From a virus (lineage: Duplodnaviria; Caudoviricetes), in IMG/VR virus record IMGVR_UViG_3300035208_002115: a DNA stretch of 64,000 nucleotides. One strand, given 5' to 3'. Below the pieces are notes generated by a model. The model did no database searches. It was not told the origin of the DNA and worked only from the letters and a program-made list of their open reading frames with translations. The translations under genes were made by a program, and so were the position numbers. How positions within the stretch are numbered: position 1 is the first letter of the stretch; each line of letters starts with the position of its first letter. Below, piece by piece: positions 58,677-64,000 of this stretch.

Positions 58677-60617
58677 TTATGTAGTTACTACATATTTAAT
58701 TTTAACGTCATCAGTTGTTTCGATTGCGAATCCAGCTTCTACACCATCAAAATATAATGGTGTACCAGCAGATGTTGGAGTAACACCGTTTGTATGGAAT
58801 ACAGCAGGTGAACCTTGTGCATATTCGAATGTATATTCGATACCGTTTAAAAATACTATAACAGTAGATTCATCAATTACACCCCCAGTTACACCATGTG
58901 CAAAAGCAGTACCAATATTTACAGCAGTTGTAGAACCACTAATTGCTGGTGATAATAACTGTTCAAAATAACTTGGAGCTTGAATATTACTGATTGCAGT
59001 TTCTAAAGATGTGTCAGCAGTACCTCTTGTTGATGCTTCAGTTGAAACAGCAGTTGAAATACCAGTTGCTAATGAAGTGTCAGCACTGCCTCTTGTTGAT
59101 GCCTCAGTTGAAATAGCTGTTGATAATGATGTGTCAGCAGTACCTCTTGTTGATGCTTCAGTTGAAACAGCAGTTGAAATACCAGTTGCTAATGAAGTGT
59201 CAGCACTGCCTCTTGAAGAAATTTCACCTGATAAAGCGGTTGATAATGAATCTACGCCAGCAGTTGAACCAGATGTCAAAGAAGCTATTTGTGTACTTAA
59301 CGATGTGTCGGCTGAACTTCTTATTGAAGCTTCACCAGAAATAGCAGTTGTTATTGATGTGTCAGCAGACCCTCTTGTTGATGCTTCAGTTGAAATAGCT
59401 GTTGATAATGATGTGTCAGCAGACCCTCTTGTAGATGTTTCAGATGATAAGGCAGTTGATAACGATGTATCTGATGAGTTATTAGCTGAAATAGCAGTTG
59501 ATAATGACGTGTCAGCACTACCTCTTGTTGATGTTTCAGTTGAAACAGCAGTTGATAATGATGTATCAGCAGTACCTCTTGTTGATGTTTCAGTTGAAAT
59601 AGCTGTTGATAATGAAGTGTCAGCAGTACCTCTTGTTGATGCTTCGGTTGAAACAGCAGTACTTAATGAAGTAGCAGCAGATGTATTACCAGAAATAGCA
59701 GTTGCTAATGATGTATCAGCACTGCCTCTTGTAGATGTTTCGGTTGAAACAGCAGTACTTAATGAAGTAGTAGCAGATGCGTTACCAGAAATAGCTGTTG
59801 ATAATGATGTGTCAGCAGTACCTCTTGTTGATGCTTCAGTTGAAATAGCTGTTGATAATGATGTATCTGATGAATTATTTGATGATATTTCAGATGATAA
59901 CGCAGTTGACAATGATGTTACATTACCCTGATTATTTGATATTTGAGTGATAACAGATGAAGCAACCCTTACACCAGAAGAAGTTTTACTTAGAGTACCA
60001 CCATCTAATTCAAGTGAGAAAACAGTACCAGTAAGGTCTAATCCTTCACCGTCTGTACTATATGTACCAGGCGAAGAAATCTTTACCCATCCTTGTGTAT
60101 CAACGTTAACTACAATTTCTGTTTCTGGTACAGCATCAGTAGTAGCTAAAACCCAACCAGTTTTTCCATTAACTGTTCCATTTTCAACAAATACAAAGTC
60201 ACCAGTAGAAACTTCGTTAGTTGGAGTACCATCAAAATCAAATGGTCTTATCCAAGCACCAGCCTTAACCTGCCATACACCATTAGATGGGTTTTGGTCA
60301 GTTGCACCTGCACCACCTTGATTTGTTAAAAGTACTCTATCATCTACTGATAATAAAAAATCATCAATAGTTGTTGTACCAGTTAATACTGTTGTACCAG
60401 TAGCCACAGCATGAACTGGTAAATGGGGTACTAATCCACCTGCAACTGCATCAACGTAAGCTTTGTTAACAGCTTGATTGTCAGCCGTTGGTGAACCAGA
60501 TATTATCACATTATATGTTGACATATCCAAATCACCTTGAACTACAACATTACCAGTTGCACCTTTTATAGTAACTGTTTGTTGTGCGATTTGTTTTCCT
60601 TTTAATAATTGAGCCAT
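58677..60617 (-). CDS. Fibre/decoration-like structural protein with ~300-aa SLST-repeat stalk
   Basis: MAQLLKGKQI, AVNKAYVD, DRVLL..Q...NGVW.V..GAW.R..D, repeat tract, C-terminal LNGIEY domain. Confidence 0.82.
   Translation of the reverse strand: MAQLLKGKQIAQQTVTIKGATGNVVVQGDLDMSTYNVIISGSPTADNQAVNKAYVDAVAGGLVPHLPVHAVATGTTVLTGTTTIDDFLLSVDDRVLLTNQGGAGATDQNPSNGVWQVKAGAWIRPFDFDGTPTNEVSTGDFVFVENGTVNGKTGWVLATTDAVPETEIVVNVDTQGWVKISSPGTYSTDGEGLDLTGTVFSLELDGGTLSKTSSGVRVASSVITQISNNQGNVTSLSTALSSEISSNNSSDTSLSTAISTEASTRGTADTSLSTAISGNASATTSLSTAVSTETSTRGSADTSLATAISGNTSAATSLSTAVSTEASTRGTADTSLSTAISTETSTRGTADTSLSTAVSTETSTRGSADTSLSTAISANNSSDTSLSTALSSETSTRGSADTSLSTAISTEASTRGSADTSITTAISGEASIRSSADTSLSTQIASLTSGSTAGVDSLSTALSGEISSRGSADTSLATGISTAVSTEASTRGTADTSLSTAISTEASTRGSADTSLATGISTAVSTEASTRGTADTSLETAISNIQAPSYFEQLLSPAISGSTTAVNIGTAFAHGVTGGVIDESTVIVFLNGIEYTFEYAQGSPAVFHTNGVTPTSAGTPLYFDGVEAGFAIETTDDVKIKYVVTT
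58990..59922 (-). repeat. In-frame tandem repeats (42/54/66-nt units) encoding SLST stalk
   Basis: Repeating GATGTGTCAGCAGTACCTCTTGTTGATGCTTCAGTTGAAA on the plus strand. Confidence 0.9.
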
Positions 60618-60664
60618 ATTAAAATCATATTATTTTTTGTATTATTTATTACATAATTTGATAT

Positions 60665-60674
60665 TATATATTAA
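60665..60674 (-). promoter_or_regulatory. TTAATATATA putative late promoter
   Basis: Upstream of 60617. Confidence 0.5.
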
Positions 60675-60734
60675 ATAAAAAAATAGATTTTTTTTTTATA
60701 AAATGTGTATAAAAAATAATATTCAGAAATATGA

Positions 60735-61001
60735 TTATAAAGGAGTAAAAACTGATAATTTGGGTGGTCGGATTATGAAATCACTGAAAGCTACAATATC
60801 ATAAAATTTTAAATCAATTTCGTCTAAATCATCAACCCACACATCTTCAGGTTTCATATTATTTGGTTTATTAGCATAAGCTATCACGTCACCCTTAACA
60901 TGGAGTATATTTTTTTCTACTAAAGAAGGATATATTCTAACATCACTTTTTGCATAAAGATTACCTTCTATTAAATATGTATTATCAGATATTTTTTTCA
61001 T
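60735..61001 (-). CDS. Small hypothetical protein
   Basis: 88-aa ORF; LHVKGDVIAY-type repeats. Confidence 0.6.
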   Translation of the reverse strand: MKKISDNTYLIEGNLYAKSDVRIYPSLVEKNILHVKGDVIAYANKPNNMKPEDVWVDDLDEIDLKFYDIVAFSDFIIRPPKLSVFTPL

Positions 61002-61005
61002 GTTT

Positions 61006-62127
61006 TTAGGATTTAATTATATTAAATATACACTTTTCATATTCTTCAATAATGTTTTCATTATCAATAGAGTAAATATTTAATATGTTATCACATTGGT
61101 CATTGTATTTATTGACAAAACTTTGATGTTTTGTTATGGCCTGTAATAATTTATTACTTCCCTCAGATAAATTAAATTCTGGATAATAATATAAAGTGTT
61201 TATTTTAGGAGAATTATGTACTAACGGGAATTTAGTATATAAACAATCAAAATATGTATTACTTAAATCATTTTCAAATTGATTAGATACAACTATATCT
61301 GTATAATTACTCAGAATAAATGGTGTTGTATATCTTTCTTCAAATGTTATTTTATTATCCTGTTTTAATTTTAATGTGTTAACAAATGATAAAAATCTTG
61401 GATTTTTATAAAATTTATAAGAATTTAATACTCTGACCTTATCTATAAGTTCGGGTCTTAAATTGTATAACTTCTCAACCAATAATATAGAATGAAGTGA
61501 ATTTTTTAAAATAGTATTATTTTCTTCGAATATGGTTATATCGACACCCCCTCTATTTTTCCTATTATATTTGACATCACTATATTGTAGTTTGACATCA
61601 TTATCAATCATACTTTCTTCATATTTCTTAATGAAAAAATTATCCCATATATAAGGCAAGAATTTAACTTCCTTTTTATAAAGATTTTCTAAATAATATT
61701 TATTTAATTTTTCATTATTAGAGAACGACCATATTTCGTCATAATCATCGTATGCTATAATACTTTTTTTATTCTCAAAAAGAATGTCTTCCGAATCAGA
61801 AATAAAAGCATTTTCAATTTTAAATAATACAATTTTTGTTTTACATAATTTTAATACGGTAAAATACTCATTAGATAATTTTTTACCCATTTCTATGAAC
61901 AAATCAAAATGTATATCATTTACTGGGTCTACAAACTCAACATTTTTAAATAAATCTGGAATGTCAGTATCCAAAGTATCAATTGGCACACCAAAATTTA
62001 CAATATATGTATTTACATCTGGTATTTTTTTTAATAGAAAATAGAGAAAAAAAATTTTTTGAATTTCACCATCTGACCATATATTAAATTTATTATCATT
62101 GACTCCGAAAGAAATACCGATATTCAT
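61006..62127 (-). CDS. DUF2827-family protein (divergent third copy)
   Basis: WSDGEIQ, DEIW, PYIW, FEEN, DIVVSNQFENDLSN, PLVHNS, YYYP. Confidence 0.7.
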   Translation of the reverse strand: MNIGISFGVNDNKFNIWSDGEIQKIFFLYFLLKKIPDVNTYIVNFGVPIDTLDTDIPDLFKNVEFVDPVNDIHFDLFIEMGKKLSNEYFTVLKLCKTKIVLFKIENAFISDSEDILFENKKSIIAYDDYDEIWSFSNNEKLNKYYLENLYKKEVKFLPYIWDNFFIKKYEESMIDNDVKLQYSDVKYNRKNRGGVDITIFEENNTILKNSLHSILLVEKLYNLRPELIDKVRVLNSYKFYKNPRFLSFVNTLKLKQDNKITFEERYTTPFILSNYTDIVVSNQFENDLSNTYFDCLYTKFPLVHNSPKINTLYYYPEFNLSEGSNKLLQAITKHQSFVNKYNDQCDNILNIYSIDNENIIEEYEKCIFNIIKS

Positions 62128-62146
62128 ATTTAAATATTTTTTCTTC

Positions 62147-62170
62147 TATATATTTTATTACATCGGTTTC
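62147..62170 (-). promoter_or_regulatory. AACC-N12-TATATA putative promoter
   Basis: Upstream of 62127. Confidence 0.4.
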
Positions 62171-62182
62171 CTATAAAAAATA

Positions 62183-62208
62183 AAACAATTTTATATTTAT
62201 CAACTATA
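62183..62208 (+). promoter_or_regulatory. AAAC-N18-TATA putative promoter
   Basis: Upstream of 62231. Confidence 0.55.
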
Positions 62209-62230
62209 ATCAATAAAAAAGGTTTGAATA

Positions 62231-62584
62231 ATGGACACAATTACTCTCGATATTCAGAATAAGAATGAAGCATTAGATTTTCTAATACAAGAAATACGAA
62301 TTATAAAAATTCAAAATCCACAAATAAATAATATAGTAACTAATAACAAGGTGGTATCTGGATTTGAAAATCTATCACATGAAAGTATTAAAACACATTT
62401 TATACCTTCAGATACCACTGATAATAAAACGATAATTCGTAAATTTTTATTAGATGATATCGAAATATCACTTGATACACAAATGGTATATGAAGATGTC
62501 AGATTAATATTTAACGAATGTGATAATATTATATTGGAAATGAATATTAACGATATGTATAATAATTTGGGGAGTAAGGGTTAA
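62231..62584 (+). CDS. Hypothetical protein
   Basis: 117-aa ORF with promoter motif and downstream terminator. Confidence 0.65.
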   Translation: MDTITLDIQNKNEALDFLIQEIRIIKIQNPQINNIVTNNKVVSGFENLSHESIKTHFIPSDTTDNKTIIRKFLLDDIEISLDTQMVYEDVRLIFNECDNIILEMNINDMYNNLGSKG

Positions 62585-62616
62585 TTTTTAATTATGTTAA
62601 GTGTAAGCTTTAAATG

Positions 62617-62646
62617 AAAAAAGAGGGAAATAATCCCTCTTTTTTT
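62617..62646. terminator. Bidirectional intrinsic terminator
   Basis: AAAAAAGAGGGA-aataa-TCCCTCTTTTTT between convergent genes. Confidence 0.8.
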
Positions 62647-62669
62647 ATGTGTATTGAGCTTAACTTGGT

Positions 62670-64000
62670 CTAAACCAATGAGATATATGAGTATTTAATT
62701 ACAATTAAATCAATACCCGATTCTATTCCAAACCCACCTTCCGTTGCATCATAAAATAAGGTTGAACCTTGGACGGCAGGGAAAGCATTAAAATAAAATG
62801 GCATGTTAGTTTGGCTTGAAGTTGACATACTTATTAAATATTCAACACCGTTAATACTTGCTTGTACTGGAGTTATTGGTTCGTATGTTAAAACTAAACC
62901 AGTTGAGCCAGTTGTACCAGTAACTATTGTTGCTGAATATGTTGATTGAATCCAGATTTGTGAACCTCTCAACTCATCATTAACTATTTTTAATGTATAG
63001 TTATCAACATTTACGTTTAATTCCTGATTGCCATTATCATTATATGTTAAACCAGAACCAGCAGTCTGAGCAGTAACACCACTTAAATTGTTAATTACAG
63101 TTTCTAATGATGTATCACCAGATAATCTATTTGATATTTCAGTTGAAATAGCAGTAGATAAAGAAGTATCATCATAAGTATTACCTGTTATTACATTTGA
63201 TAATGCAGTAGATAACGAAGTAGTTTCACTACTTAATACCGTAATAGTCGAACTATTTGTTGATATTACAGTTTCTAAAGATGTTAATCCTGTTACAGCG
63301 TTCCCAATTGATGTTTCTAATGATGTTGTATAACCAGTTGTAATTTGTAAAGTGTTAGTCGAAATTTCGATAGTCACACCATCAACACTAACGTTTAATT
63401 CCTGATTACCATTATCATTATAAGTTAAACCAGAACCAGCAGTCTGAGCAGTAACACCACTTAGATTGTTAATTACTGTTTCTAACGATGTATCACCACC
63501 AGCTCTTGTTGATGATTCAGTTGAAATTGCAGTAGACAAAGAAGTATCATCATAGGTATTACCTGTAATGAAATTTGATAATTCTGTTTCTAATGATGTT
63601 AAACCTGTTATAGAATTGCTTATAGCAGTTGTTAATGAAGAAACACCAGTACTAATTTCAGTTTCTAAAGATGAAATACTACTTGTTAAGGATTCAGTTG
63701 TAGCACTCAACGCAAAAATATCTGTAACCACTGGTGTTGCAAGTCTTAAACCATCAACACTCTGATATAAACCAGAATTATAATTATGAAAAGTAGTACC
63801 ACTAAATTCAGTTTCATTTAATTCAACAGAAAAAATATCACCATTTAATTTAAGTGCATTTCCATCAGCAGTATAAGCTTTACTTGTAGCAAAAATTGTC
63901 CAAACCTGACTATCAACACCAACAGTAATATAACCTTGTGAATTTAATGAACTTGAATTACTAATAACCCAAGATGTCGCAACATTAGTTTCACCCGATG
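62670..64000 (-). CDS. Fibre/decoration-like protein, paralog of 58677-60617; 5' end beyond the window
   Basis: Frame stays open past the track's GTG at 63731 to the edge (SGETNVATSWVIS...YTADGNALKLNGDIFSVEL); SLST/SLET repeats; INGVEY...GFGIE...IKY C-terminus. Confidence 0.8.
   Translation of the reverse strand, partial: SGETNVATSWVISNSSSLNSQGYITVGVDSQVWTIFATSKAYTADGNALKLNGDIFSVELNETEFSGTTFHNYNSGLYQSVDGLRLATPVVTDIFALSATTESLTSSISSLETEISTGVSSLTTAISNSITGLTSLETELSNFITGNTYDDTSLSTAISTESSTRAGGDTSLETVINNLSGVTAQTAGSGLTYNDNGNQELNVSVDGVTIEISTNTLQITTGYTTSLETSIGNAVTGLTSLETVISTNSSTITVLSSETTSLSTALSNVITGNTYDDTSLSTAISTEISNRLSGDTSLETVINNLSGVTAQTAGSGLTYNDNGNQELNVNVDNYTLKIVNDELRGSQIWIQSTYSATIVTGTTGSTGLVLTYEPITPVQASINGVEYLISMSTSSQTNMPFYFNAFPAVQGSTLFYDATEGGFGIESGIDLIVIKYSYISLV
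63013..63570. repeat. Internal duplication with 378-nt (126-aa) period
   Basis: ITGNTYDDTSLSTAISTE...INNLSGVTAQTAGSGLTYNDNGNQELNV twice; copies begin at 63013 and 63391. Confidence 0.85.

Noticed and set aside
58990-59922. Regular DNA repeats that superficially resemble a CRISPR array
   Set aside because: Unit lengths are multiples of 3, variation is largely synonymous, there are no unique spacers, they lie inside ORFs, and no cas genes are present
1-64000. Stop-codon reassignment as in Lak or some crAss-like phages
   Set aside because: Genes are intact and tightly packed under code 11; TAG (e.g. 5821, 7388) and TGA (e.g. 15927, 43261) end genes just before the next start or a terminator

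Overview
Very AT-rich, densely coding window (standard code; TAA, TAG and TGA all act as stops). It reads as part of a large tailed-phage (jumbo-type) genome, probably infecting Bacteroidota: starts are A-rich with no Shine-Dalgarno, and it carries a Bacteroidales-style hybrid kinase and secreted proteins. 1-19.6 kb: small accessory genes, two radical SAM enzymes, a full DnaJ, a NadR-like ATPase, a cyclic-phosphate receiver domain, an RlaP-like nucleotidyltransferase and a PAS-HisKA-HATPase-REC kinase. 19.7-33.2 kb and 58.7-64 kb: fibre/adhesin genes (S74 chaperone fibre, delta-60 propeller, LRR protein, a 1564-aa fibre, two paralogous fibres) sharing Ser/Thr-rich 'DTSLSTAISTEASTRGSA' repeats and a pervasive [S/T]-G-x-T motif. 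34.7-62.1 kb: a large glycan locus (UDP-6-deoxy-L-HexNAc trio, about 10 glycosyltransferases, methyltransferases, a sulfotransferase, three DUF2827 proteins). Top candidates for novelty: (1) a phage-encoded virion O-glycosylation system pairing DUF2827 and other GTs with SLST-repeat/[ST]GxT fibres; (2) a shared R-x-x-K-[IL]-x-x-[IL] tag, nearly always C-terminal, on 12 unrelated small proteins; (3) T4-like N-terminal capsid-targeting peptides on about 10 proteins; (4) three recurring promoter architectures. All family calls are by-eye motif recognition; no searches were run.
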